From Candidatus Eiseniibacteriota bacterium (GTDB taxonomy: Bacteria; Eisenbacteria; RBG-16-71-46), in NCBI GenBank assembly GCA_963717505.1, contig OY970342.1, positions 896,001 through 960,000 of the forward strand: 64,000 bases of DNA, read 5' to 3'. Made by a program: the position numbers and the translations under genes. Below, one piece after another: positions 39,825 to 49,775 of this stretch; position 1 is the first letter of the stretch; every line of letters starts with the position of its first letter. The notes beneath the pieces are model-generated. The model was not told the DNA's origin. It ran no database searches and worked only from the letters and a program-made list of their open reading frames with translations.

Positions 39825-41387
39825 TCAGTTCACGCGCACCAGGCGCACCGTCTTGGTGAAGCCCAGCATGTCGAGCCGGGCCAGGTAGATCCCTGGTCGC
39901 ACGGCGCGGTGCTGATCGTCGGTGCCGTCCCAGGCCAGACGATTCTCGCCGGCGACCCCATCGCCATCCATTAGACGCCGCACGCGGCGGCCCTGCAGGT
40001 CGTAGAGGTCCACGCGCGCCTGTGCACCGCGCGGCAGCCGGAATGACAGCGCGGTGCCGGAGCGGAACGGATTCGGGGCCACGCGGAAGTAGATCTGCGA
40101 CGACAGCGCGTCGTCCACCGACAAGGGCGGCGGCTCGCCGGACTGGCGAATGCGATAGATGCCGCCGGTCGGACCGACCTGCGTGCTGTCGAATTGCGTC
40201 AGGTAGTACAGGCTGCCGTCGGGGCCGACGAAGAAATCGACCGCGGACTTGAGGCCGGTGGCCCACGCGGTCGCGTTCGGTTGGCCGGGAACCGGGGCCG
40301 GGGTCACCCAGTCACCCTTCACGTTCTTCAGCCGGCGCAGTTCACCGCTGTAGTACTCCCCGTAGAAATAGTCGCCGTGGTACTCCTCGGCCCAGTTGTA
40401 CGACGCGCCGAGCAACGGCCGGTAGATGCCACCGGTCGAGATCGATACCTGCTTCACCGGGTCGCGCAGCAGGTTCACGATTCCGGGCTTGTAGGGGAAG
40501 GTGCCCTGACCGCCGGGCTCGGGGCACGAGCCGCGAACCGTGACCAGCGGCCCCTCGCGCCACGGCCAACCGAGGAAGTCGCCGGGCAGGATCTCGTCGA
40601 TTTCCTCGTAGGTCAGCAATCCGACTTCGGCGGCGTAGAGCTTGCCGGTCATCGGATCGATGTGGAAGCGCCACGGATTGCGCAGGCCCCAGGCCCAGAC
40701 CAGACGCGCGTTGGTGTCGGGTGTCGACAGTGGGTTGTCGAGCGGCGTGATCAGCGCGCGCGGCACCGGTGTCTGGACGTTCTCCCCGAGTGTGTGCACA
40801 CGCAGCCGCAGGATCGCGCCGCGCAGCGACGAAGAATCGCGGGCCGCACACGGTGTGTCGTCGTCGCCGATGCTCACGTACAGGTGACCGTCGGGCCCGA
40901 AACGCAGGCAACCGCCGTTGTGCGTGATGACCGCGTCGGGGATGTCGTCGATCAGGATCACCGGGTTCATTAGCCCGACGTACACGCCCGAGGGGTCGTT
41001 CAGGCTTCCGGTCGCGGTGTAGCGCACCACGCGACAGAATCCGCCGGTGCGCGTGTAATAGAGATAGACGAAGGGCCGCTGCGGCCACGCGGGGTCGACC
41101 GCGATCCCCTGGAGTCCGCGCTCGTAGGCGGCGGAGTTGAGTTCGGGGGTCGTGGACAGAACGTTGGTGATCGAGATCGAAGCGCCGACCACCATGCGCA
41201 CCCGGCCGGTCCGCTGCTCGGTCACCAGGATCCGCCAGTCGGGAAGGAACGCCATGCTGTTGGGCTCGGTGAACCCGGTAACCACCGTTTCGTGGACGAA
41301 ACCGGTGGGAACCACGGTCTCGCCGTGGGCAACCGCAGCAAGCAGGCAACCGGTGCAAAGGAGGAGTGGCGCGAGATGTCGCCGCAT
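39825..41387 (-). CDS. PQQ-dependent sugar dehydrogenase (GSDH-like) with FlgD-like C-terminal domain
   Basis: Signal peptide MRRHLAPLLL, ERGLQGIAVDP, HNGGCLRFGPDG.LYVS.GD, AWGLRNPWRF, GWP..EG. CTD APNPF..YDLQGRRV..WDG.D. Confidence 0.85.
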   Translation of the reverse strand: MRRHLAPLLLCTGCLLAAVAHGETVVPTGFVHETVVTGFTEPNSMAFLPDWRILVTEQRTGRVRMVVGASISITNVLSTTPELNSAAYERGLQGIAVDPAWPQRPFVYLYYTRTGGFCRVVRYTATGSLNDPSGVYVGLMNPVILIDDIPDAVITHNGGCLRFGPDGHLYVSIGDDDTPCAARDSSSLRGAILRLRVHTLGENVQTPVPRALITPLDNPLSTPDTNARLVWAWGLRNPWRFHIDPMTGKLYAAEVGLLTYEEIDEILPGDFLGWPWREGPLVTVRGSCPEPGGQGTFPYKPGIVNLLRDPVKQVSISTGGIYRPLLGASYNWAEEYHGDYFYGEYYSGELRRLKNVKGDWVTPAPVPGQPNATAWATGLKSAVDFFVGPDGSLYYLTQFDSTQVGPTGGIYRIRQSGEPPPLSVDDALSSQIYFRVAPNPFRSGTALSFRLPRGAQARVDLYDLQGRRVRRLMDGDGVAGENRLAWDGTDDQHRAVRPGIYLARLDMLGFTKTVRLVRVN

Positions 41388-41672
41388 CGGGGGCTCCGGC
41401 GTGTCTTTGTGGGTATCCCTGTTGCCCGCTGTGCGGCGTTTCGGGGAGGGCAATTGAAAAGGGACGGTAAGGATACCGAGCCGGAGGGCGGAAATCGAGG
41501 GTGATTCGCGTCGCGGCCGCCGAATGGCAACGGCGGCGTGCAACCTGCCGTCCTGCTGCATCTCAAGTCGGGGCCCACCGGCAAACGGACTTCCCGAGGT
41601 CGGCTTTTCGCATGGGGGACTAGCCATTAGAATCCCCCGGTCCTTCCCTACAACCCGTTTCGGGAGAACGCC

Positions 41673-42653
41673 TTGTCACGCATCCACGACGTCATCGTCC
41701 TGGGCTCCGGGCCGGCGGGTTACACCGCCGCCCTGTACGCCGCCCGGGCCAATCTCAAGCCGCTCCTGATCGCCGGGTACCAGCAGGGGGGGCAGCTCAC
41801 GATCACCACCGAGGTCGAGAATTACCCCGGATTCCGCGAGGCCATCCTCGGCCCGGAACTCATGGAAATCATGAAGGACCAGGTGCTGCGCTTCGGCACC
41901 GAGATCGTCCAGGGCGCCGTCGAGCGCGTGGACTTCTCGAAGCGGCCCTTCGCGGTCTGGACCGACGATGGCCAGGAGTTCCGCGGCCGCGCGGTGATCG
42001 TCGCCACCGGTGCTTCGGCCAAGTTGATCGGCGTGCCGAGCGAGGGCGAGTTCATGGGCTTCGGCGTTTCGGCGTGCGCGACCTGCGATGGGTTCTTCTT
42101 CAAGAACCGGCGCGTGATGGTGGTGGGCGGCGGTGACACGGCGATGGAGGAGGCCAACTACCTCACGCGTTTCACCTCGGAGGTCATCGTGGTGCATCGG
42201 CGAGATGCGCTGCGCGCCTCGAAGATCATGCAGGATCGGGCGCTCAAGAATCCCAAGATCAGCTTCCTGTGGAATCGCGAAGTCGCCGAATTCCTGGGGA
42301 CCCCGCACAAGAAGCTCACCGGCGTCCGCCTGCGCGACACGCAGAACGGCAAGGTCACGGAACACGAGATCGACGGTGTGTTCGTGGCGATCGGCCATCA
42401 ACCCAACACCAAGTTCCTCGAGGGCCACATGCCGATGGACGCGCGCGGCTATCTTCGGATCGAACCCGGAACCTCGCGCACCCCGGTCGAGGGCGTGTTC
42501 GCCGCCGGGGACGTCGCAGACAGCGTCTATCGCCAGGCGGTGACCGCCGCCGGCACCGGATGCATGGCGGCGATTGACGCCGAACGCTGGCTCGAAGCCC
42601 AGGACGCGAGCGCCCACGACTCGGCCGCGGCCGCACCCGCGCGCACCACCTGA
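41673..42653 (+). CDS. trxB: Thioredoxin-disulfide reductase
   Basis: GSGPAG, VENYPGF, SACATCDG, GGGDTA, HRRD, GVFAAGD, YRQAVTAAG. TTG start after GGAG. Confidence 0.96.
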   Translation: MSRIHDVIVLGSGPAGYTAALYAARANLKPLLIAGYQQGGQLTITTEVENYPGFREAILGPELMEIMKDQVLRFGTEIVQGAVERVDFSKRPFAVWTDDGQEFRGRAVIVATGASAKLIGVPSEGEFMGFGVSACATCDGFFFKNRRVMVVGGGDTAMEEANYLTRFTSEVIVVHRRDALRASKIMQDRALKNPKISFLWNREVAEFLGTPHKKLTGVRLRDTQNGKVTEHEIDGVFVAIGHQPNTKFLEGHMPMDARGYLRIEPGTSRTPVEGVFAAGDVADSVYRQAVTAAGTGCMAAIDAERWLEAQDASAHDSAAAAPARTT

Positions 42654-42669
42654 ACCCGGAAGGACCGGG

Positions 42670-44361
42670 ATGGAACGTGAAGTTCTCGAGTTCGACGTCC
42701 AGTTCATCGGCGCGGGTCCGGCCGGCCTCGCCGGCGCCATCCATCTTGCGGACCTGATCGCCCGCCACGAGCAGGCGGTGGCGGCCGGCGCTCCCGGACG
42801 CACGCTCGGCGAAGTGACGATCGCCGTGCTCGAGAAGTCTGCGACGGTCGGCGCCCATGGCATCTCGGGTGCGGTCATGGACCCCCGCGCGATGCGCGAG
42901 CTGATTCCCGACTATCGCGAGCGCGGATGCCCGATCGAAAGCGACGCCGGACGCGACGACGTCTACTTCCTGTGGCCCACCGGCCAGTTCCGCTTGCCGA
43001 TCGTGCCGCCCCCGCTCGCGAACCACGGCAACCACGTCCTGTCGCTCGGCAACCTGGTCGCGTGGATGGCGGGAATCGCCGAAGAGAAGGGCGTTCTGGT
43101 GGCGACCGAGATGCCGGCGGCGCAACCGTTGGTCGAAGCCGGACGCGTGCTCGGGGTGCGGACCGGCGACAAGGGCGTCAACAAGCGCCGCGAGCCCAAG
43201 CCGAATTTCCAGCCGGGCGCCGACTGTCACGCCAAGCTCACGGTGTTGTGCGAGGGGCCGCGCGGCACGCTGGGCAAGGTGCTCGAACAGCAGCTCGGCC
43301 TGACCGTGGGACGCAATCCTCAGGTCTACTCGACCGGCGTCAAAGAGCTGTGGGAGATGCCGGCGGGACGGGTCGAGAAGGGGAGAGTGATCCACACCAT
43401 GGGCTTCCCCCTTTCCAACGACACTTTCGGCGGCGGCTTCATCTACGGGATGAACGACACGCACTGGTCGGTGGGTTTCGTCACCGGGCTCGACGCGCGC
43501 GATCCGAGAAACGATCCGCACGGCAACCTGCAGCGGTTCAAGACCCATCCATTGGTCGAATCGCTGCTCAGGGGCGGCAAGGCGGTGGCCTATGGCGCGA
43601 AAGCGATCCCCGAGGGTGGCTATTGGTCGATGCCACGTCTGTGGGCCGACGGCGTGCTGCTCGCCGGTGACACCGGCGGATTCCTGAACGGCGCCCGACT
43701 CAAAGGCATCCACCTCGCGATCAAGTCGGGGATGATGGCCGCCGAGACCGCGTTCGAATGTTTGCTGGCCGGTGACTTCTCGAAGGAGCGTCTGTCGGGC
43801 TACGAGAGGCGTTTCGAAGGCTCGTGGGCCGGCGCCGAGCTGCGCTCGGTCCGGAACTTCCACCAGGGTTTCGACCTCGGCCTGTTCGCCGGGATGTTCA
43901 ACACCGGTGTTGCCCTGCTGACCGGCGGGCGCGACTGGCGGTTGCGCGATCGCGCACCGGGACACCCCGGCCACGAGCGCATGCGCCGGCGCGGGCAATA
44001 CGCCGACGGCGCGCCGCCCACGGTCAAGCCCGACGGGGTCCTTACCTTCGACAAGCTGGCCGACGTCTACCTTTCCGGGACCCAACACGACGAAGACCAG
44101 CCGGTGCATCTCGTGGTCGCCGACACCAGCGTGTGCGCCACGCGCTGCCGCGAGGAGTACGGCAATCCCTGCCAGCATTTCTGTCCCGCGGCAGTCTACG
44201 AGATGGTTCCCGACGAATCCCGGGGTGCCGGGGCGCTGCGCCTGCACATCAACGCTTCGAATTGCGTCCACTGCAAGACCTGCGACATCGCCGATCCCTA
44301 CCAGATCATCACCTGGGTCACGCCGGAAGGTGGCGGCGGCCCGCAGTACCGGAACCTATGA
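42670..44361 (+). CDS. Electron transfer flavoprotein-ubiquinone oxidoreductase
   Basis: GAGPAG, GAHGISGAV, GVKELW, KGIHLAIKSG, FCPAAVYE..NCVHCKTCDI..PEGGGGP. Confidence 0.93.
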   Translation: MEREVLEFDVQFIGAGPAGLAGAIHLADLIARHEQAVAAGAPGRTLGEVTIAVLEKSATVGAHGISGAVMDPRAMRELIPDYRERGCPIESDAGRDDVYFLWPTGQFRLPIVPPPLANHGNHVLSLGNLVAWMAGIAEEKGVLVATEMPAAQPLVEAGRVLGVRTGDKGVNKRREPKPNFQPGADCHAKLTVLCEGPRGTLGKVLEQQLGLTVGRNPQVYSTGVKELWEMPAGRVEKGRVIHTMGFPLSNDTFGGGFIYGMNDTHWSVGFVTGLDARDPRNDPHGNLQRFKTHPLVESLLRGGKAVAYGAKAIPEGGYWSMPRLWADGVLLAGDTGGFLNGARLKGIHLAIKSGMMAAETAFECLLAGDFSKERLSGYERRFEGSWAGAELRSVRNFHQGFDLGLFAGMFNTGVALLTGGRDWRLRDRAPGHPGHERMRRRGQYADGAPPTVKPDGVLTFDKLADVYLSGTQHDEDQPVHLVVADTSVCATRCREEYGNPCQHFCPAAVYEMVPDESRGAGALRLHINASNCVHCKTCDIADPYQIITWVTPEGGGGPQYRNL

Positions 44362-45296
44362 TCCGCTCGTTGCTCATCGTTCTCGCCGCACTGCTGCTCG
44401 CCGGCTGTTCGATCAAGAAGATGGCGACCAAGAGCATGGCCGACGCGCTGACCAGCGGACAGGACGTGTTCGGCACCGACAACGATCCCGAGCTGGTGCG
44501 TGACGCGTTGCCGTTCGGACTCAAGACGCTCGAGTCGCTGCTGGCCGAGCTGCCGAACCATCGAGGCCTGTTGTTGTCTGCGTGTCGCGGATTCACGCAA
44601 TACGGCTTCGCGTTCGTCCAGGGCGAGGCGGCCTACGTCGAGGCGCGCGACTACGACCGCGCTCAGGAGATGCGGGCGCGCGCGCTCCAGCTCTACCTGC
44701 GCGCCCGCGGTTATGGACTCCGTGGACTCGAGCTGTCGAATCGCGGGATCAGCGCGGCGCTGCCGGTGAACCCGGATTCCGCGGCGCGCGCGATCAAGCA
44801 GGAGAACCTGGATCTGCTCTACTGGACCGCGGCGTCCTGGGGTGCCGCGATCGGCGTCGGCATGGACCGGCCCGAGCTGACCGCCGACGTCAGCGTGGTC
44901 CGGTCGTTGATGCAGCGCGGCCTCGAGCTTGACGAGACCTACGATGGCGGGGCGTTTCACGAGGCGATGCTGATCCTCGAGTCGGCGCCGGCGGTGATGG
45001 GCGGGTCGATCGCGCGGGCGCGCGAACATTTTGCCCGGGCGGTACAACTTTCAGGTGGACGGAAGGCGAGTCCCTACGTCACGCTGGCCGAGGCGATTTC
45101 GGTCCAGACTCAGGACCGCGCCGAGTTCTCCGCCATGCTGGAGAAAGCGCTGGCGGTCGATCCCGAAGCCGACCCGCCCAATCGGCTGGCCAATATCGTG
45201 GTACAAAAGAAGGCGCGCTGGCTGCTGAGCCGCGCCGACGAGTTGTTCCTGGACTCCCCGGTCGATGCTCCCATCGAGGAAGGTTCGAAACGATGA
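44358..45296 (+). CDS. tatT: TRAP transporter TatT (TPR-like lipoprotein) component
   Basis: Lipobox LLAGC, DPELVRDALP..LK, FARAVQLSGG. Directly upstream of dctP. Confidence 0.85.
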   Translation: MIRSLLIVLAALLLAGCSIKKMATKSMADALTSGQDVFGTDNDPELVRDALPFGLKTLESLLAELPNHRGLLLSACRGFTQYGFAFVQGEAAYVEARDYDRAQEMRARALQLYLRARGYGLRGLELSNRGISAALPVNPDSAARAIKQENLDLLYWTAASWGAAIGVGMDRPELTADVSVVRSLMQRGLELDETYDGGAFHEAMLILESAPAVMGGSIARAREHFARAVQLSGGRKASPYVTLAEAISVQTQDRAEFSAMLEKALAVDPEADPPNRLANIVVQKKARWLLSRADELFLDSPVDAPIEEGSKR

Positions 45297-46321
45297 AACG
45301 ATGGAACGCGATACACACGATGACCGCACTGTTGGCGCTGCCGCTCGCCGGGGTACCGGCGCCCGCCGCCGCCCAGGAGCAAGTCGTCAAGCTCGCGACG
45401 CTGGTGCCCGAAGGATCGGTGTGGCACAAGGCGCTGCGTGACCTCGGCGACGGCTGGAACCGCGGCACCACCGCCCGCGTCGCGTTGCGCATCTATCCCG
45501 GAGGCGTTGCGGGCGACGAGCCCGACATGGTGCGCAAGATGCGGATCGGGCAGATCCAGGCGGCGGCGCTGACCATCACCGGCCTGGCCGAGATCGATCC
45601 GGCGTTCGACGTATTCGGCATCCCGATGATGTTCGACTCGTATCCCGAGCTGTTCTACGTGCTGGACAAGATGGAGCCGGTGCTGCGACAGCGTCTCGAC
45701 GAGAAGGGCTTCGTGCTGCTCAACTGGGGGCACGGCGGCTGGGTCTACTTCTTCAGCAAGCAGCCGATCCAGTCACTCGCCGACCTCAAGAAGGTCAAGA
45801 TGTTCGTCTGGGCTGGGGACGATCGCAGCGTCCAGATATGGAAGGCCGTCGGCTTCCAGCCGGTGGCGCTGGCCGCAACCGACATCCTTCCCGGTCTCAA
45901 CACCGGCATGATCGACGCCCTGCCCACCACGCCGCTCGCGGCGGCGGCACTCCAGTGGTTTCGGCAGACCCCGTACATGGCCGACGTCGGGCTCGGCCCG
46001 CTGGTCGGCGGCCTGATCATGACCAAGGCCGCCTGGAAGAAGATCTCCGAAGCCGACCGCGCAGCGATCCAGAAGGTGTGCAAGTCGACCGAGGCGCGCC
46101 TGATGCGTGAAGTGCCCGCACAGGATTCGACCTCGGTGCGCGAGATGCAGGCGCGCTCGCTCAAGGTCACCAAGATCCCGGCCGCGGACCAGCCGGCATG
46201 GCGCAAGCTCGCCGACGACTACGGCGCTCGCATGGAGGGCACGGTTCCCGCCGAAATCATGGCCCTCGCGCTGCGCGAACGCGACGCATTCCGCAAGCAG
46301 GCTGCGGCGGGCGGACACTGA
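45293..46321 (+). CDS. dctP: TRAP transporter substrate-binding protein (DctP/TatP)
   Basis: KLATLVPEGSVW, YPGGVAGDE..MVRKMRIGQ, LNTGMIDA. Confidence 0.9.
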   Translation: MKRWNAIHTMTALLALPLAGVPAPAAAQEQVVKLATLVPEGSVWHKALRDLGDGWNRGTTARVALRIYPGGVAGDEPDMVRKMRIGQIQAAALTITGLAEIDPAFDVFGIPMMFDSYPELFYVLDKMEPVLRQRLDEKGFVLLNWGHGGWVYFFSKQPIQSLADLKKVKMFVWAGDDRSVQIWKAVGFQPVALAATDILPGLNTGMIDALPTTPLAAAALQWFRQTPYMADVGLGPLVGGLIMTKAAWKKISEADRAAIQKVCKSTEARLMREVPAQDSTSVREMQARSLKVTKIPAADQPAWRKLADDYGARMEGTVPAEIMALALRERDAFRKQAAAGGH

Positions 46322-46366
46322 CCGCGCCGCCCAGCCCGTGACCGTCCCGCCCGCGACACTCGAACG

Positions 46367-48160
46367 TTGAAACACCTCGGCCGCCTCGAAGCCTGGATCG
46401 CGAGTCTTGCGCTCGCGGCCATGGTCCTCCTGCCGCTCGCGGAGATCGTCGCGCGACAGGTGTTCGACATCGGGATTCCGGGATCGGGCCCGTTCGTCCA
46501 ACATTTGACGCTGTGGGTCGGCTTCCTGGGCGCCGCGATCGCCGCGCGCGAGGGTCGTCTGCTCACGCTCGCGACCACCGAGTACCTGCCCGAGGGCTTC
46601 TGGCGACGCGCGGCGCACACCGTGTCGTCGATGGTCGCGGCGGCGATCACCGCGCTGCTCGCGCGCGCCTCGCTCCAGCTGGTCCTGGTCGAGCGCGACT
46701 CGGGAACCATGGTCGCCATGGTTCCGGCCTGGATCGCGCAGCTCGTGTTGCCGCTGTCGTTCGCGCTGATCGCGCTGCGGCTGGTGTGGCGGGCCGGCAA
46801 CACCTGGGCGCCGCGCGTGCTGGCGGCACTCGGACTGATCGGGGGCGTCGCACTCGGGCAGTACCCGCAGGTGATGGAGTCGATTCCGTCCTGGCCCGGG
46901 CTGGTCGTCGTGTTGGTCGGCTCGGCGCTCGGCGGACCGATCTTCACCATGCTCGGCGGCGTCGCGGTGCTGCTGTTCATGAAGGACGGCGTGCCGATCG
47001 CGGCCATGCCGGTCGAGACCTACCGGCTCGCAGTGTCGCCCACGCTCGCGGCGATCCCGCTGTTCACACTCACCGGCTATCTGTTGTCGGAGAGCCGAGC
47101 GTCCGAGCGGCTGGTCGCGGTGTTCCGCGCGTTTTTCGGCTGGTTCCCGGGCGGCACCGCGGTGGTGGTCGCCGTGGTGTGCGCGTTCTTCACCGCGTTC
47201 ACCGGCGGCTCGGGCGTCACCATCCTGGCGCTCGGCGCACTGCTCTACCAGGCGCTCCAGCAGGACCGCTATCGCGACCGGTTCTCTCTCGGACTGTTGA
47301 CCGCGTGCGGCTCGCTCGGGCTGCTGTTCCCGCCGTCGCTGCCGCTGATCCTCTACGGCATCGTCGCCCAGATCCCGATCGAGGATCTATTCATCGCCGG
47401 CATCCTGCCCGGGTTTCTGTTGCTCGCGATGGTGGCGTTCTGGGGCGCCCGCGAAGGCATGGTCACCGGCGCCGGCCGGCAGACGTTCCGCTGGGACGAG
47501 GCGGTGCGCTCGCTGCGTGGCGCCGCGTTCGAGCTGATGATGCCGGTGGTCGTGTTGATCGCGATCTTCGGCGGCTTCGCGACCATCGTCGAAGCCTCGG
47601 CGCTCACTGCGCTCTATGCGTTCGTCGTCCAGGTGTTCGTCAAGCGCGATCTGTCGCTGACCCGCGACATCCCGCGGGTGTTCGCGCATTCGGTGCTGCT
47701 GATCGGCGGCGTCCTGGTGATCCTCGGCGTGGCGATGGGACTCAGCAGCTACATGGTCGACGCCCAGATCCCGGCGCGGCTGGTCGAGTGGACGCGGGAA
47801 CGGGTGCACTCGCCGCTGATGTTCCTGCTCGCGCTCAACGTGTTCCTGCTGATCGTCGGCTGCCTGATCGACATCTTCTCGGCGACCGTGGTGGTGGTGC
47901 CGTTGATCGTGCCGCTCGGGATGGTGTTCGGCATCCACCCGGTCCACCTCGGCATCATCTTCGTCGCCAATCTCGAGCTGGGCTACCTGACGCCGCCGGT
48001 CGGCCTCAACTTGTTCTTGTCGTCGTACCGCTTCCACAAGCCGGTGCTCGAGGTCGCGCGCGCTTCGATGCCGATGCTGCTCATCCTCGGGATCGGCGTG
48101 CTGGTGATCACCTACCTGCCGTGGCTGACCACCGGGCTGCTATCGCTGCTCGGGCGCTAA
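46367..48160 (+). CDS. dctM: Fused TRAP small and large permease (DctQM)
   Basis: HLTLWVGFLGA (Q part), AIPLF, FTGGSGVTI, GLLFPPSLP, GYLTPPVGLNLF. Confidence 0.9.
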   Translation: MKHLGRLEAWIASLALAAMVLLPLAEIVARQVFDIGIPGSGPFVQHLTLWVGFLGAAIAAREGRLLTLATTEYLPEGFWRRAAHTVSSMVAAAITALLARASLQLVLVERDSGTMVAMVPAWIAQLVLPLSFALIALRLVWRAGNTWAPRVLAALGLIGGVALGQYPQVMESIPSWPGLVVVLVGSALGGPIFTMLGGVAVLLFMKDGVPIAAMPVETYRLAVSPTLAAIPLFTLTGYLLSESRASERLVAVFRAFFGWFPGGTAVVVAVVCAFFTAFTGGSGVTILALGALLYQALQQDRYRDRFSLGLLTACGSLGLLFPPSLPLILYGIVAQIPIEDLFIAGILPGFLLLAMVAFWGAREGMVTGAGRQTFRWDEAVRSLRGAAFELMMPVVVLIAIFGGFATIVEASALTALYAFVVQVFVKRDLSLTRDIPRVFAHSVLLIGGVLVILGVAMGLSSYMVDAQIPARLVEWTRERVHSPLMFLLALNVFLLIVGCLIDIFSATVVVVPLIVPLGMVFGIHPVHLGIIFVANLELGYLTPPVGLNLFLSSYRFHKPVLEVARASMPMLLILGIGVLVITYLPWLTTGLLSLLGR

Positions 48161-48164
48161 CAGC

Positions 48165-49775
48165 CTAGAAGGTCCAGCTCAGTCCCGCGTATTCCTGGTG
48201 CGTGGTCACCGCACCACCGTGCGTGCGTTCGTAGCTGAGCGACAGATACCAGAGGGCGCCCATCGCGAGGTCAACGTCGGCGCTCTCCCACACGGCGTGC
48301 TCCTCGAGTCCCGTGACCTGCTCGCGGGTATTGCGGGCGCCACCGGCGAATTCCAGGTGCATTCCGGTCATCGGGTCGGCGCCCAATCCGACCGACACCA
48401 GGTTCGACGACGTGATCGAGCCGTCCGCCATTCCGCCGCGCAGCCGAAGCGTGGCCATGAGTGACGTCACCCGCATCAGCTCGATCGTACCGGTCGCCGA
48501 CTGGGTTCGATCGTCCGCGTCCGTGCCATGTGCGCGACCCTCGGCAGAGAGGCGCAGGTGCCGGTTGGCGCGCACCGAGACTCCGAGCCAGCCGCCCCGG
48601 CGGTACCGATCGTCAAACGCGTCCTCGGGCGTGTAGCGATCCCACCAGAGCCTGACGTTGCGACGCGCGTCGTAGCCGGCAGACAGCTCGACCGGCTTGG
48701 AGATCGTGATTCGTCCCAGTACGAACGTGCTGGTGAGCGAGACGGCCGGCTCTCCGGCCGCGCGCTTCCAGCCGCGAGCCACGTCCACTTCCTGCGATCC
48801 GGAAAGGAACCAGCGCTCGTCGGACAGGAAGCCGTGGACGAAGGCGAAATCACGATTCGGATTGCCCCCGTGGTACGAAGACACGGCACCGGTGCTCACC
48901 GCCCAACGTCGTCGCCCCGCCGGAGCCGGACCGGATCGCCACTCCACGCCCGCGCCGTGCTGCATGATCTCGCTCGATATCTTGAGCGTCACCGGATCGG
49001 GCTGTAGTCCCCCGAACAGACGGACCGACATGCGCGACAACCGGAATTCTCCGAGCGCCCCGTCGAACAGATTGACCGCCGAGAAGCCGTCAGTGCGCTG
49101 CCGGCCGAGCGTCAGGTTCCAGCGGGAGCGCGGGTCGTGCAGGGTCCCCGACAGGCGATAGACGCGTGCCAGACTCCGTTCTCCATCCGCGGGATTCCCT
49201 CCTACGAAGGTCCTGCGACTGCGCACATCGGCGCTGAAGTCCAGTCGTCGGGCGGGATCAATGCGATCGACGCGCAAGTCGAGCGCCGGCTGTGCGTAAC
49301 CCATCCCGGTGCCTCCCTGAACCGCGAGCATCCGCAACCCGGCACGCCCGCGCAGTCCCTGAATCACCCGCCCCGAGGGAACCACCGGCGTCGCGCGGCC
49401 CTGCGCGGGCATCGCGCTCGTCGGCGGCACCTCGGGGCTGATGGGCCCCGCGGCCACGGGCGGCGGCGCTTCATGCGGTGTGAAACGGACGACGTCACCG
49501 ACGATCGGGAAGACCCGGACGTTGAACGTGTCGCAGGATGCCCGTTGCGAAGACAGGAACGACACCCTCAGGTTCGCAATCACGGCCCCACCACGGACGA
49601 CCTCCAGCGAATCCCCGGCCAGGAGGCCGTCGACCCGGCCGGCATTGACGTACACCGAGCCCCCCGCGAGGTAGGACACCTGGGTCGAGCGGGTCGCGGC
49701 CGATGCCGCCGCGGCCCCGAGCGCGATCAGGATGCCGGCCACCGCCGCAATCGAGAGGGTGCACTGCCGGGGCAT
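48165..49775 (-). CDS. Outer-membrane beta-barrel (putative porin of a porin-cytochrome complex) with a small N-terminal domain
   Basis: Signal peptide MPRQCTLSIAAVAG..ASA, Pro-rich linker, amphipathic strands, C-terminal YAGLSWTF. ATG overlaps the TGA of the cytochrome gene. Confidence 0.75.
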   Translation of the reverse strand: MPRQCTLSIAAVAGILIALGAAAASAATRSTQVSYLAGGSVYVNAGRVDGLLAGDSLEVVRGGAVIANLRVSFLSSQRASCDTFNVRVFPIVGDVVRFTPHEAPPPVAAGPISPEVPPTSAMPAQGRATPVVPSGRVIQGLRGRAGLRMLAVQGGTGMGYAQPALDLRVDRIDPARRLDFSADVRSRRTFVGGNPADGERSLARVYRLSGTLHDPRSRWNLTLGRQRTDGFSAVNLFDGALGEFRLSRMSVRLFGGLQPDPVTLKISSEIMQHGAGVEWRSGPAPAGRRRWAVSTGAVSSYHGGNPNRDFAFVHGFLSDERWFLSGSQEVDVARGWKRAAGEPAVSLTSTFVLGRITISKPVELSAGYDARRNVRLWWDRYTPEDAFDDRYRRGGWLGVSVRANRHLRLSAEGRAHGTDADDRTQSATGTIELMRVTSLMATLRLRGGMADGSITSSNLVSVGLGADPMTGMHLEFAGGARNTREQVTGLEEHAVWESADVDLAMGALWYLSLSYERTHGGAVTTHQEYAGLSWTF

